From assembly GCF_041956535.1 (NCBI RefSeq), contig NW_027192195.1:474150-538149 (forward strand): a DNA stretch of 64,000 nucleotides, in the 5' to 3' direction. Positions 24,113-40,438 of this stretch are shown here, piece after piece. The position numbers were made by a program, and so were the translations under genes. The notes under the pieces were generated by a model that saw only the letters and a list, made by a program, of their open reading frames with translations, did no database searches and had not been told where the DNA came from. Within the stretch, counting starts at the first letter, position 1, and each line of letters starts with the position of its first letter. The stretch is from Calcarisporiella thermophila CBS 279.70 (lineage: Eukaryota > Fungi > Calcarisporiellomycota).

Positions 24113-25071
24113 TTTCTAGCGATGATGGGAATAATGCAAACAACGGAGGAATAGCAGAGTAGAATGACTAAGAAACAGGAGAAACGACGGCGGGCTTGAG
24201 CGGAGGGAACGGCCTCTCCCTATATATAGGAGGTTCGGAGTCAATAAACTTATTTTTATTCTCGCAGGTCCCTATATGGCCGAGGGGGAACATGGTGGAC
24301 GAGATCTTATGTGCGGATGCTCAATCCTGGCTTCGTGCACCACCCGATATATTGTCGGCAGAGCTTATTGCTCCCAACCACCGTTTATCACGGCAGGGGA
24401 GAATGGGGCGCACACGACTGGGCAGGGGGGGGGGGCCGATGCTTAACCGTGAAAGGGTGCGATCGAGGCCGCTTTCCCCGTTTTCTCCTAGTGCTCGACG
24501 CCTGGCGTGATGAATAGGGTTAGGCGATAATCGATAAGCACGCGCGCATGGAACTGGGCCTGAAGAAGCTGCGTGGGGCACAATTGCCTAACTCAAGGCG
24601 TGGCCCGTCGCTTTGTCATATTTCCAACTCAAACTCACGATGAATCGCCTAGAGGAAAATTGCTTGGCAAGCGCACAAAAATAAAATAAAATTGGCCGGG
24701 CTCCTGATTTAGCCCCGGCCCTCCCCCTGGCCGTCAAATTAGGAAGGAGCCACCGGGCGCCGCTAGAGTCGATCTCCCCTTCACCCAATCCTGGAAAATC
24801 TAATTGCCAACCAGCTCTGTCCTCTGGTTCGCCCGCCTGGCTTCAGCCATCATCAGCCATGATCTATGGACGCAGAACAAATGAAAGATCCAGGGGGAAG
24901 GGGGCCCTGGCGTTATTTTTAGAAGACTTTCAGGTCAGAACAACGAACAGCATACAAAACGCTAGCTAAAAATATCACTTACAAAACCTCATGGAACAGA
25001 ACACCCAAGAAAAACATATTGGCCAATAAATACACTAATATACACACGGAGACAGAGTAAGGGGACGCAAT

Positions 25072-26804
25072 TCAGGTCCGGCGTGAACTTGGCCATCTCC
25101 GCACCAGGGCCCCGAACCTCCCGGTCCTTCTCTTTGGCAAACCCGTTTCGCCCTCCTCCCCATGGTTGCCCAGAAACTTGGCCCATTTCGCCCGAGGCGA
25201 GTTGGCCATGGAAGAAATGCGGTTTCTTAGAAAATCGCTGAAAGGATTAGCGCGGTCCGTCTGGGAGCGGAGTATGGAGTGGGATCGCACCGACGTGGGG
25301 CTAAGCCCACGCAGGGAATCTTCCAGAACCTTGGCCGATGAGAAGGAAAGGTCGATCGGGGGCTGAGGTTGGTCGACGGTAGAGAGCGCGGGCTCAATGG
25401 CGCAAGGATCTTGCCATGTTTGAACCTGCAAAAACGAGCGCACGATGTCTCTTCCCTCTTCCGGGTCCGGGGTGGTGAATGTTTGGGACTTTAATGAGAA
25501 CATGTAGGGCACCGATGCCACGCGTCGCCTAACCCTCAGCGCGGCCGAATCTAGGGAGGGGTCAAAGATGCTCTGTTGCCAGCTCTCAGCTAAATAGCAC
25601 GGCATTAATACCAGCCATGTAGGGTCTTTTGTTTACTTGCTATACTAACCACAGCGAATGTCATTCCCGCAGGAGGGAAGCGTCTGCATACTCCTGCTTT
25701 TGTAGGGGAGCCGCTTTAGCGGTGCCCGTTGGATCCCGCTGAGCTCGGCGGTCTTTCTCCTCCTCTTCTTATCATGTAGGGCCGATGGCACCGAGGAGCT
25801 GCTCGACTTCGCCAGCATTCGGAGTTCATCCACCCCGATTGCTTTCAGGCCGCACTTGGCTGTGAAGCACGCCTGGTGCTCTATCAGAAACTCGACGACC
25901 CGCTGCGAGGCCTTGTATTCGCTTGGCGAGAGCTGGTCGCTTGGGTGGGAGAGGATTCCCGGCTGAAACACCGATGCCAGATTCGCGCGATCCATGCGAG
26001 TCCGGCTTGCGTGGGCCGCGAAGAAGGCGAGCAGGTCGAGGAGATAGAGGAGGAGGAATTGGTGTGCGGCGGGAAGGCCGTGGATGAGAGCCTGGAACGC
26101 GGCCACGCGTCCACTCTCCGACACGCCCTCGTTCTCCAACACCTCGCGGAAAGCGCCGTAATAGGCGTGGGTAATAATGGGATCGGGCAGGTGGTTGCAG
26201 TATCTGCGGAGCAGGTTAGCCGCGTCGTGCACCGTGTAGCCCGCCCACTCAAGGTCCAGGCCATAGGTCGGCGGCGTGTCAAAGAGCTCTTGCAGTCTGG
26301 CCATCCGCTTGACGGAGCCCGAGACGCGGAACACGCCCTCAACGAACACCCCTAAAATACAGGAAAAAAAAAACGCGAGTAGCGAAAACGCGTGAGAGGG
26401 ATAGCGGATGCTCACACCACAGGGCTAGACTGCCCACCTTGATCCTTTAGATAGGCTCCACACTTGGCGACAATAATTGGGATGCTCCCATAGAACTGCT
26501 CACTGCCGTCCATATAACTGATGGGAACGCGTGCATACTTAATCGACTCTTCCAGTGCAATCCCGAAGATCCTTCCTGCTGCCATCCAAACATGAGAGAT
26601 AAACAACACGGTCAGGCTCTATTCCAGAAAAGACTCAAGAACCACAGCTAGCCACAGAAAAGACCTACGCTGCTCCTGGACCCCATGACTATAGCCTGAA
26701 TCACGCGAATGCTTGGGGGTCTGAGGGCGCGTGGGCGATTTCTTCAGGTGGCTGACCCAAACAAGCCATTTGGTTTTGGTGGAGATGGTCAGGGCCGGCA
26801 TCAT
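25072..26804 (-). CDS. RhoGAP domain protein (Sac7/Bag7-like)
   Basis: IFGIALEESIKYARVPISY...IPIIVAKCGAYLK, EGVFRVSGSVKRM (arginine finger), TVHDAANLLRRY, MDRANLASVFQPGIL; multi-exon. Confidence 0.9.
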
Positions 26805-27485
26805 TAGGGAGAGTGCCCGTGTGTCGAGTTAGGCAGTGGTGCGGGAAGAGCGGGTATCGCCAGGTGCAAGACGCTATGCAGGAGACAAGAGAGGGGAGTG
26901 AGGATTGCTGTAAAGCGCTTTTTTCCGACCCGTCAATGCCCACCAATCGCACAGAGGTGTCCAATCGAGATTTTTGCAGGCAGAACATTTGGGATTGCAG
27001 AGCTCTCTGCAACACCCCTCTCGAGTCCAGCGGGATCCAAACGTGACGAATTGCTGCAGGAGGGCGGGGCCATTTTGGCCCACGATTTTCCGGCTTTCGC
27101 GGCCTCCCTCCCTTTCGAATTGGACCCGTCTGTATCAGAAATGAAAATTCGCGCTCCATTTTGGATGGAGCAGCATGGGGACGCAGAGCCAGTTTTGCAA
27201 GCGAAACAGGGAATATGAAAGTGAGAGTCGAAAACAAAGCACTGCCTTGATTAGCCCTAGCGCCCTTGCCCATTAATTGTGCTGTAGGTTTCATTAGCCC
27301 AAAAAAGGCAGGGCCAATGAAAGCAAATTGCTTACAATAGGGTGGCCAAGTGTGGAATAAAAAACACCGTAATGGAATAGCACTCTTGAAAAAATAAAAG
27401 AGATTACGCTTTGATACCATCATCACCATCCTCTCCTTCCAGCGCTCCCCACGCTTCTCCCTCATTCCCCTGTTGATACCTTAAT

Positions 27486-28269
27486 ATGCAATCCCGCTTT
27501 CTCCTCTTTGCTCTCGCAGCCCTCGTCTCCTATGCACACGCGTACACCTGGCTCTTCACGAAGCCCGTCGCGAACACGGTCATGAAGGCGGGCACCACCG
27601 CCAAGCTGGAGTGGAAAATCGACCCCAAGGCTGGCCCTGACGGGCGCGCAACTGACAAGCTGCACATCCAGCTGCTGCATAATGGCGGATTTGTGATGAC
27701 ATGTGCGACGGGGGTGGACCCAAAAAAAGGGGGAATTGCATGGACCATCCCCGTGAATGTAGTTAGGTACGTGCTGTAAAATGGGTTGAATGAGAAGAGT
27801 CAAATGGATGAGATATCTGATTTGTGTATTTTTTGGATTATTTTCATGGCTATGTGTAGTTCCAAGGAATACCAGCTGCGAATGGTAAGATCGCCATGGG
27901 ATCTTTGTTTGTATGATATTCTTGACCCTTCTTTGACTCCACCTGGACTTTCTCTAGGGAGTCGACGACAACGACTGGTCCTATTCATCCCGCTTTGAAA
28001 TCAATGGCGTCGAAGGCGTCGTCGTCACCATGGCTCCGCCACCCCCCGGAATGGCTGCCACTGCTAGCGCTAGTATGCAGCATGCCAGTCCCTCTCTCCT
28101 ACCGAATGCCTCCAACCCTTTCTTACGGCCTACTGCGGCCTCGGGCTCCGCCCTTCCCGGCAATTCCACTTCTGGCCCATCCTCAGCAAAATCCTTGGCA
28201 GCAAGTCGGCTCCAGGCATCTCTGATCGCAACCCTGGTGAGCTGGGCATGCTTCTATGTGCTATTTTAA
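27486..28269 (+). CDS. Secreted, probably GPI-anchored Kre9/Knh1-like Ig-domain cell-surface protein
   Basis: Signal peptide; FTKPVANTVMKAG...LEW...WTIP...YQLRM...WSYSSRFEI; Ser/Ala/Pro-rich stalk; hydrophobic C-terminus; 3 exons. Confidence 0.8.
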
Positions 28270-29064
28270 GCCTTGCTCCTACTGTGCACCCCCTCCCCCC
28301 CCTTTTTTTTTCCTCTACCACAAGATGACATCCTCAATTTAGATCGATTCCACACTTTAATATCTACGCTAATTGGTCAGATTCCCCCCTCATCTTCCAT
28401 TTACCTTAATTCTATTTCAGTTATATATATAAAGGATATAGACCATCCTTGGTATCTTTCCCTTCCTCCCGCTTTTTTCATTGATTCTCTACTGAAGTCG
28501 ACCTTTCATTTGAGTTGGCAAATGGCCTTTTCCTCCTAAATCTGGCCGTATCTCTCCCATCCTTCCCTGGCGCCCGCTTCCAAGTCGCCGGCATCGAGCC
28601 TTGAAGCGGAGGGAGAGGCAGTGCTAGTCGAATGCAAACTGGCATGCACACCTATCCCGCTTCGATGCGCCATTTGTGTTGGAGTGGGGTCGGCCTGGCC
28701 CCCGTCAGCCATGCATCTGAAATGAGATCGCATCTGGAAGCCTTTTTTTTTTCACCCTCCCATGAATACAAGTGGCTCTCTTGGACAAGGGTGAAAACAC
28801 GCCCACCCCACTAGCTCCCATAGCTAAAGCCAACCCGCTCTCCATAGAACAAAATGTTTTCAATAGAGTTTGTGGACTGCATCCATATTGGTAGACTTTG
28901 CGTGTGGGAGCCAAGCTTTGTGCATCACCCCCTAAAACACTATCATGTTCAATGCATTCGCTATACATTATACAATGCAGAAAAAAAAAAATAAGATACA
29001 GACACCAGACCAGTCTAATGGATAAGATGGGAAAAATAAAACAAGGATCATTAGAGGTTATACT

Positions 29065-31583
29065 TTACAAGAGTCGCACCACCTTGCCCACCCCCTTCGT
29101 CCTCCCCTCACGAAACACCAGCTTGCTGCCGGGCTTCAAGAACTCGGGGTGTCGGATGAACCGGAACCGGACGGTCGCGCGGTCCCCCGTTCGCAACACT
29201 CCCCGGTCCCCCAGACTAACCATGGAGACCGTCTGACGCACTGTGCCGCAGTGGAGCATGGCCTGGTAGCGCTGGTTGATGGTGCTGGAGTGGTACAAGA
29301 CAAGGATCTCGGCCTCGAACTCGAAAACCGCTACAAACATTATATTAGTTAAATGGGAAAAGGGAGGGTGGGGGTGGAGTGATCTGGTCAATCATTCAAA
29401 CCTTTGGGAGGCGGCTCCGTCTTGCTAAGCATCACCATGCCCTTTCTGATCGCGGCCCTTCGGATCTTCTTGAGCCCGAAACTTGCACTCTGGCCGGCGC
29501 TTGCCATCGGCACGTTGACGCGCTTTCGCTGGATGCTCTTGATGGTGGTCGGCTGAAACTGGCCAGTGGAGTCGGGTCCCAGGAGCAGTTGGTCGCCAAC
29601 ATGGACTACCCCTATGAAGAAAACGTTAGCGTCAAACTACCGGCTTTAAACCGCCCGACCATCAGGGATTTTACCGTTCATGATGACGCCACTGACCACC
29701 GTCCCAACATGCGGCACAGAGAAGGTGTCTGTGATTTGGTACTCTACGGGCTGATTAATATCGTAGTGACCATTGACCGGGAGAATGTTGAGGAAATTCT
29801 TTAGCAGATCCAAACCCTATCAGAGGATTATAGGATTAGCACTGATTCCCAGGGAATAATAAATTAGCTCTCGAGAAGAGAGAGGGTAGTGCTCACCTCG
29901 CCCGACACGTTGGACACCTGGAATATGGGGCATAAGCGCTCCGACTTGAAATTTTGCTACGGGATATCAAATACATATTAGATTATATATATAGAAAGGG
30001 CGGGGGGCCGAAGTCAGTTATAAGCAGCAAAAATACTGGCATTTTACTTACCGCCGTCAACACCACGTCCTCTATGGATCTTACAAATATTGGAATTTTC
30101 CTACACCCTGGGCTCTTGAGGAGCTTGGTGAGTTGCTTGATGGTGCTCTCCAGGACGTTTGCGGGACACATGTCAATCTTGGTGATGACAACATAGACTG
30201 GTACCGATAGCGCTAGAGCAATGCCGAGATGCTCCTTCGTCATACCAATCACCCCTAAGAGGACGTGAGCTAGCTTAGCAATACATTTCATAGATTGGGA
30301 AGTGTGGAAGCAGTACCTGCGTTGGCCCCGATCATCAACATTACGAAGTCGGGAGCACAGCCGGTCATCCCGAACACCGTGGTCTGGATGGCAAAATAAA
30401 AATTCAATCAAAGGGCTAGCGTACTAACATTATATGAAAATACCTTCAGGTATTTCTCATGGCCCGCCAGATCGATGTAGGAGATGACTTTGGCCGCGCG
30501 AGAGCATATATCATCCCATGTCATCTTCCGAGGATCGCCCTGTATTAGCTTGGAGTCCGCCGTGAAACCCATGATCTCCAACCCTACTGACGAGGTTCTC
30601 CCACTCTCGATCTCATGCTTGTGGCTACCGAGGGGGATAATAAGTTAGAATCGCTATGAAAAGCAGGGGGGAAAAAAATCTCTGCGAGCTAAATACCGAA
30701 ACAGATTAACGCGTGCCTTTCCTCGCCCGTCGTCAAGAATGCCTTTGGTTAGAACTCCAAGAAGCGTCGACTAGACAGCAAAAATGTCATTGATAAGAGG
30801 TTAGAGTGCTTCATAGGGCTAGGTTGATGAAGCAATGGTAAGCTAACCTTTCCCGCATCCTGTCGAAAAGTCGCCCAAATAAAAGTGGGTTAAAATTTCC
30901 TCAAACCTAAAATCGTGGGTAAGCATACTCACCACATTCCCGACCACCGCCACTCGAATTTCCAACAATTCCTCCACTTTAGGGTAGGCACGGATATTCA
31001 CATAGGCTATTCTTGCCTCATCCTCAGGATTGTTCTGCAAAGGAATGGTCTTCTCGTACAGCAATGCTACCTCTGCATTGGCTTGCTTGGCAGCCGCTCG
31101 GACGGTACTTATTGCCGTCACGAGCTGGTCTTGACTAAAGCCCATAGGATTTCCCCCCTCTAAGGATGAAAAAAAAAAGGATCAGCTATTAATATTAAGG
31201 GATAGAAGAGAATTTGCGGGGCCAATTCACCATCCAAACCAATTTCGTAGATACACTCCCCCCTTCCCTCCTTTATCCGATGATCGAGAGTCTCCCTGAG
31301 AAACTTCAGGTCCTCCTCAGTGGCCGTTAGCAGACGTTCCTAGTGTAGTTTAAGAAATTAGGTTCATTCAACCAAATGGCGTCCATACCAAGGCCGCTTA
31401 GAGACGGGGTCTCAACTGTACCTTGAGAGAGCGCGACCTTGCCCCCACGCCATTCTCCTCCATGGAGAGTTGCGTGAGATCGTAGTCTGGATTAAACAGC
31501 GCCGCATTCTGATGCGCTTCGTCGTCCGTCACCTGGCAGGACGCCAGTTTAACATCGATGTCGTGTATTAATGTCTCGGACAT
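29065..31583 (-). CDS. GTP-binding protein 1/2 (GTPBP1/2 translational GTPase)
   Basis: [10 protein letters not shown]|DAGK|[60 protein letters not shown]; many introns. Confidence 0.93.
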
Positions 31584-32059
31584 TTTCAGCTGGTAATATG
31601 GTAAAAAAAAATCGTTAAATTAATGCGGCAAAAGACATTTTAATAAAGGGGAACGTGTGACGCATGATTGGAGCATAGATAGTCACAATTACGGCCACTC
31701 TGTCAGATGAGCTCTAGGGAAAGATATTTCTACTGCAAATGGCCAATTTCTTCTCCCCTCACCCCCAAGAATAAACATGAATTTCCTATGATTTCAAGTG
31801 TGTCATGGAAAAATGGTTAAAAATGGCCAACTTGAAGGGGCCGCTGGTAGGGCCACACCTAGCCTCTAAGAGACAGCCACAAGTGGCATTGGGGTTAGGT
31901 TAGGCTTTTTTCTGTTCCCAACCAACGGGATGCAAAATCGAGTGAGTAGGAGCGATGTTGTAAATGAAGATTCAAAGTTTATATAAAATAAAAAAGGAGA
32001 AAAAAAAAAATAAGCAAAAGCTCTACAAAGAAAGAGAATTCTAATCACCTGGGCTGCCT

Positions 32060-32876
32060 TTAGCACATGTTTCGCATAGGGAAGTAAGAATCTATAGTAT
32101 TTAGGATATAGAAAGTCAGTATCTTGTACTCAAAGGTTGTCGCTGCTTTGCAATGCATCAAACAAGCATCGTTACCTGGATCGATTTTGCTGGGATCGGT
32201 GCTGACTTTCCACTGATATGAAGGGTTCCAGTTGGGTAGCGGGGGGAGTTTCTGAGCATCATATAAAACCTCATTCTGGCTGATCTTGGCCAACGCCTCT
32301 GTCAGAGCTGCATTGCCCTCGGTGCGCGCAGTGACCGATGTTTCGCCACTGGCTTCAGATGGGGCAGGAAGGCTAAGGAGAGCGCAAGAGGAAGGATACA
32401 CATTGAGGAAAAGTGGGGACCGAGAACGAAAAACTGTCCAACCTACCTTCCAGCATGAGCAGCAAGGAGCAAACCAGCCACCTCTTGTTGCGAGTAAATA
32501 GCCTCGCGGGGGAAGGCCCGTCGCATATCACGTTTGAAATAGTAGTTATCCGCGACATCCGAATTCTTGGTTTTCAGCATCTCGTATTTATTAATGGGGG
32601 AACCGGGTGCCGGTCGGCGGAATTCCCGCACATAAACACCATCCGAAACTTCGGGGTTCTATTCGAGTAGAGAAGATAAAAAAAAATCAATGATCCCTCT
32701 CAATCTATTTTCGAGTCCATTTTAAGATGTTTTGGAAATCAAATATATCCTCATCGATGATAGAGGCTTTTCATTTCCACACCACATCAGCACTCAATGG
32801 TTGTTTCTCCCAACCAATAACCTACCACTGTAAAAAGTTTTTTGACTAGTCTCCAGAAGCCTCTTGTATTAGACAT
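32060..32876 (-). CDS. Mitochondrial complex I accessory subunit NUZM/NDUFA7-like (21.3 kDa)
   Basis: FWRLVKKLFTVNPEVSDG...FRRPAPGS...SDVADNYYFKRDMRRAFPR; 4 exons. Confidence 0.8.
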
Positions 32877-33104
32877 GTCGTCCCCGAATTCTTACAACCA
32901 AAGAAGATCAGAGAAGTTGACTTAAGCCGCCGGGGGGGGGGGGATGAAAACAAGTCTGAAGAAAATGTGAGGCTTAGCCAGAGTTGTTGAGGGTGGCCAG
33001 GATTGAGAAATAGTGAAATAGAATCAGAAATTTATTTTAACTCATTAAAAAAATATATCAAATTGTAAACATTTTAAACACTTGAAAGGGCAAGAAAAAA
33101 CAAT

Positions 33105-35232
<2,128 letters not shown>

Positions 35233-35565
35233 TTTGTGATGGATGCAGTTAAAAGAAATGAAAATCAAAAAAAAATAAAGAATAATCAGGGACAATGAAT
35301 AAAAGGAGGATGTTTTGTTTCCAAAGTTCTCACGGCCTTTGAAAACACACAAATTTTGCGGAGACCGAAACTGTATGACATAGGGGGGTGTCCCTGACCC
35401 ATTCTTGCAGAAATGTAGGATTAAGCATTTGCTTTGCATCTGGGGGGAGGAGAAAAACTCTATTGCGTTCGAGTCTATAGTAGTAGCAACAAGAGTAGTA
35501 GAGTACAAAAAAAACAACATCAAGCGATATAAAATAGATAGGTGTAAATAAGGGATGACGCGACT

Positions 35566-38500
35566 CTATCCGAACAGCACGATAGCTCTCCCGGAAAACC
35601 TAAGCCATTGCAAAATGTCTACTTACAACTCTGCCACCTCTCCATCCAATATGAGTCACTCACCTTTTCATTCCCCCGTGGGGAATGGTGATCACAAGCT
35701 CATCTATCCCGTCTCCGTCTAAATCGCCCAGGTTCGCAAGCTTCTTGCCAAATTGTGCCTAAAACAGCAGAGCCATGAGAAAAAGGATTCAAAGCAATGG
35801 GTGTTCGAGGTGTGCACAAGTGTGTACCTTGTCCTGGTCCGTGTACGACAAACAACCATCGCTGAATTCGTCTACGCTCAGCTGACGACCGTTTGTTTGT
35901 CGGAAAAAAGCCCCATTGTCGTCGCTTAGCGACCGCTGGTAAATGACTCCAGACTCTGAAGAGAACACAAACTAGTGAGGCCAAATGCATTTCTCCTTCC
36001 GTCATTCCATTTCTCGGCTTACCAATACTGGCATGTGGCTCCGAGATCCACAGCGATGCGACTCCGGACGGCTGTCGACGCATGGTCATCGACGACCCCA
36101 GTCGGCCGCCGCTCACCGACCCATCAAGTCGTGCAAGTAGGATCCCGTTGCCTTCGGTGAGCGTTGGAAAGGTTAAAGAGAGGGTGTCGTGCGTTTCCGA
36201 GAGGGTGAGGAGAGGAACAAGGTCGAAAATGCGCACCGATCCCGCACTCCACACGGCCCGCGTAAAGAACGGTGAGATAACGGGAGCATATCCATGCATG
36301 AGCGACATGGAAAAGAGACTCGGCAGATACGCGTCCCAAGTGAGCTCGTTTTCGTAGAAGGTCTAGGGCAGAGCCAGAGGTGGGGATCAGTGGAAGGGCA
36401 GAGAATCACAACAAGTGGATTCGACTAGGACTTACCTCCGTCTCCGATGAGATGGCCACGATTCCGCTAGAAACCTCCTCCATGGACTTGCCAAATTGCT
36501 GGAAGTCCTCCGAACCCACCACATCCAACAAAAGAGAGGGCGGCGCCTTCGAACCTGTTAAATTGTAAAAGTACACTCGCCCCACCGTCATCCCGAATCC
36601 ATTCTCTCCAAACGCGGGAGCACCCACCATCAGCAGCGCATGATCCATGCCTGGCACCTGAACTCGGCGCATCGCCATCCCAAACCATTCATACGGGATA
36701 CGAGAGGGGCTTTCTAGCACCCAATCGGCATCGAATGGAGACTTTTCGCCCACATGGCGAGAGCTGCTCAGAAATGTGAGGAGGGCGCCTGTGTGCTGAT
36801 TACGCCGCTCCCAGTTTCCGCTGGCATTGTAATGGCCGGAGAAGTTACGGAGAGTCACCAACGGCCACCCCACAAGCAGGTCGCGGCACCCGTCGTTGTC
36901 CACGTCCTCGCCCCGCAGCGTCATCCCAAGCCCAGTGATGTTCGAAGAGAAGTTGGAGAGCCCCTCGTTGAGCTCCAGTACCAGGTCGGGAATGGGTGAG
37001 AGCCCGGTGCTTGCATGCCCAAAATACACGGTCACCTCTCCCCTGGATGCCAGCATCGTGAAATTGCCATCGGAGCCCGTTGAGGTAGGCGCACTCACGG
37101 CCAGGTCATCGATCCCGTCGCAGTTTAGATCCACCACGGCCATGCTATAGCCGAACCGTCCCAGAGGCTTTTGCCCATAGAGGGTGCGCATCGCTCGCTG
37201 GGTGACATCCATGTGCGACGGCCGTCTGGTCAAATCCAAGGCAAGATCCCCCGCATTGAGGATATAAACGGCTCCTGCGTGTGGAGTAAGAGCCGTTTGA
37301 TTAGTGCTGACAAAAGGGGCCGACATGGCTATCTCTTTGATGCCATCCTTGTTGAAATCCCCCACCACCGTCGAGTAGCCAAGCCAGGCGTACGGGGATG
37401 GGATATCAAGCATGAGGAACGGCTTCTCCGGGCCCGTCACAGGGGTGCACTCCCGCTTGGCTGCAAGTTCGTCCTGCATCAGCGTCTCGATCTCGGTGCG
37501 CTTGAGCAATTTTCGCCATAGCATTCCTACGGACCAACTCTCCGCTTGCCGCTCGTCAAACACGGATATCAATCTGCGCTTCATCTTCTCCACAGTGTGC
37601 TCCACATCTGTAGAGGTCCTATTTTCATCCAGCGTCCCCTCACTCACTCTGAGCATATCACCTCTTTTCTCCAATTGCACGTGGTATCCAAGCCCATGGA
37701 GCACTCTCTCTGCTCCACCCTCACTAAGTTCAAATAGCTGTGCAGTAGAGTGCTGATGGGAATGTCGAATTGTGCTGGTAATGTTGGACAGGGTGGTATT
37801 TACAATATAGAAGTTGAGAATGTCGCATAAGGCAGTAGTATTTTCCGTGGAAGTACTCTCGAAACTCTTGGCAAGGCCGCCCCAGCAAAGGGCCGACTGG
37901 CCCGCCATGTCATAGAGGCCGCCACGATGATAGGTTTCGAGCTGATCAGACATGAATGGGGACTAAATCATCATCAATAAAAAAAACAAATGAGTGGCAT
38001 CTTCACAAATTTAGAGCAGAATGCTCAGACTTAAACGATGGCATACAATTCGGGTAAAATGCTCAGAGAACCAGTTGAAATTTCCTAGCCTCTATTCAAC
38101 AAAAGAGTCAAAAATCAGCATGATTGCTTGGAGTCTAACAAAGACAAGTGCTATACCTCGATAGCTTTAAAAAAGGTAAACATTTGCCATGTGCAGTATT
38201 CGATATCTTGCTGTGCGACAGTGTATCCAAGACGCTGATAAATATTGATGATATCATTGATAGGTATAAATAGCTCTTTCTGTATCGTTATCCGAGGGTT
38301 AATAGCTGGGACTCTTGGGCTGCTGAGAATGCAGGGCAACCTACCATTGTAAAATCGTAATCTACTATTCTTCCTAACAAGAACTCGCCACCCAGATCCG
38401 CAGCAAGGTGGGCCGAGGGGTAGTCTCCCAAAAAATTCAAATCGGCCATCACCCGTATTAAGCCGTCGCTTTGATCAATACTACATGGATCATGAAGTTA

Positions 38501-39190
38501 GTGGCCTAGGATACCGACATAGGCATAGCCCAAACTTAATTTCACCTATGCCAATTTGCATCGGCAACTTGGTGCGCCACTATTCCGAAGACAAAGGCAA
38601 CCAGGCCCTAGTAATGCCATACATGAAAAAATATTAAACTCGCTACCAATCAATTCCACTAGGACAATGGTATGAATTACTTTAGCGTAGTCATCATATG
38701 GCTGAGGATATTTCTCACGGATATAATCTACGGCGGCATGAGTAAAATTCGGCCAATGTGCTAGAGTGGAGATGCATGGGTCAAACTCCCACATCCAAGA
38801 ATTTTTGCCAATATTATTCAAACGTACCATACTCTGCAGATGCATCATTCCCGAAACACTGATAACCCCTATAATTCCCAAGCCATTAGAGTGAGAAGGT
38901 AGTCAAATTAAGAGGCTCAAAAGCGTGAAGGTGTAACAATCACTAGGTCATGCAACGTACCAGTCCGGAAAAAGCGCCCCCGAGTACATTTGATGCGAAT
39001 ATTCTCGCACTATCCCCGAGTACTTTGTGAGCAGGGGATTTTGCTGTACAACTTCGATTTCATGAAGCGCTCTTCTCGCCACCTCCCAGTGGACATGCAT
39101 ACCACAGCCATGGACGCCCACAATAAAAAGAAACAGTGGGAGTAACAGCAGCATTTGGAGTGGCCTTGCCGGTAATGTTAACAGGGTCAT
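35566..39190 (-). CDS. GPLD1: GPI-specific phospholipase D-like protein (Zn-dependent PLC-type N-terminus + FG-GAP beta-propeller repeats), secreted
   Basis: Signal peptide, then CGMHVHWEVARRAL...SGALFPDW, AHWPNF, GIVAHQVADANWH. FG-GAP repeats GDFNKDGIKEIAMSAP, VDLNCDGIDDLAVSAP, DVDNDGCRDLLVG and GDLDGDGIDELVI. Confidence 0.85.
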
Positions 39191-40438
39191 TTTCTATTCC
39201 GCCATAGAGTCCAACTAATAATTTTGCAGCTCACGACTAAACGGTCTCATGGACAGTCACATTGGTTTCGATAAGCCCCTCGATTCGTAAAATGAAGATT
39301 CTGGCTAAACCTTCCAACGGTCGCAAGGCTCTGATTGGACAAGCGTTGACATGAGGAGAGAGGCGAGGGGGAGGCTCGCTAATGCCACTCAATATGCGGG
39401 AAAAGCTAGCTCGAAAGAGAAGGAGGGCCCATTTTCTGCCCGTCTCTACAGAGACATGCTTCTTCACGATGACATTTGCCGACCAGACAATAGGCGAAGG
39501 CCACGGTTCTCCTCTGAAACCTGCCCTGAAATCTCCTAGTTTTAGGTTAATATCCCCTTAAATTCTTCAGCCCTATGACGCGGCTTGTATCTCCATCAAA
39601 CTCTATCGTCCTCCATCATCCCCATCGAATTCTCACATCTGCCCTTAATGAAAAATGGTAGGCTGCGTACTTGTTTCCCGTCACAGCTTGCATGGTCGAC
39701 ACGAGGCCTTTATGGCCAAGATGGAAAAGGTCATCGCAGGCCCTAGTAGATACGAGAAATTCCTCAAGCCGTTTAGGGACTGAGAATGACAGCTTGACGT
39801 CAACCCTATGCCACCACAGCCTTGGGTTTTTTCGCCACCCCCATGAAAAGCTTGCAAATTTCTAGGGCATTCACGCGGCGGTCTACAAGAGGTGACCATT
39901 CCTAACTCACTTTCTCCACCTCCGTCATGCTACACTGGTTTCTAAGATTTCTTTTTAGCCTCCCCATCAAAGGCCCTCTGCATGTGCAAAGATTTTTCCA
40001 TGGCTCAATGAGGGTGGCTTGTGCGGCCCCTTTCAAGGGTTAAAAATATCTTCTGCGCCTGTAATTAATTTATCAAATCTGGAGGAGGAGGCTTCCAGAT
40101 TTAGAGAAAACAAAACACGCAAGGATGGAGGCGACAAGGATGTATATATAAGAGGGGTGGACAGGCCGTCGCGGTCAAACGAGCGAGTCTCAGATCGCGA
40201 AACGGCTCTGCTACAGCCAGAGTTTAGTAAGTTGGGACAATTTCCAAGAAACATTTTGAGTCGTTCATGGGTCGGGAGCTCGATGAGTAATTTTGTTCTT
40301 TATTCAGCAATTTTGAGTTTCCCTGGAAAAACTTAAGCCAAAAAAAAAAAACCGGATAAATAAGGTCAACTAAGCAAGTTATGCTTGCCATTGTCACCCT
40401 TGCTCCAGCTGATCCTCCCGTAAACATATAACTCAACT

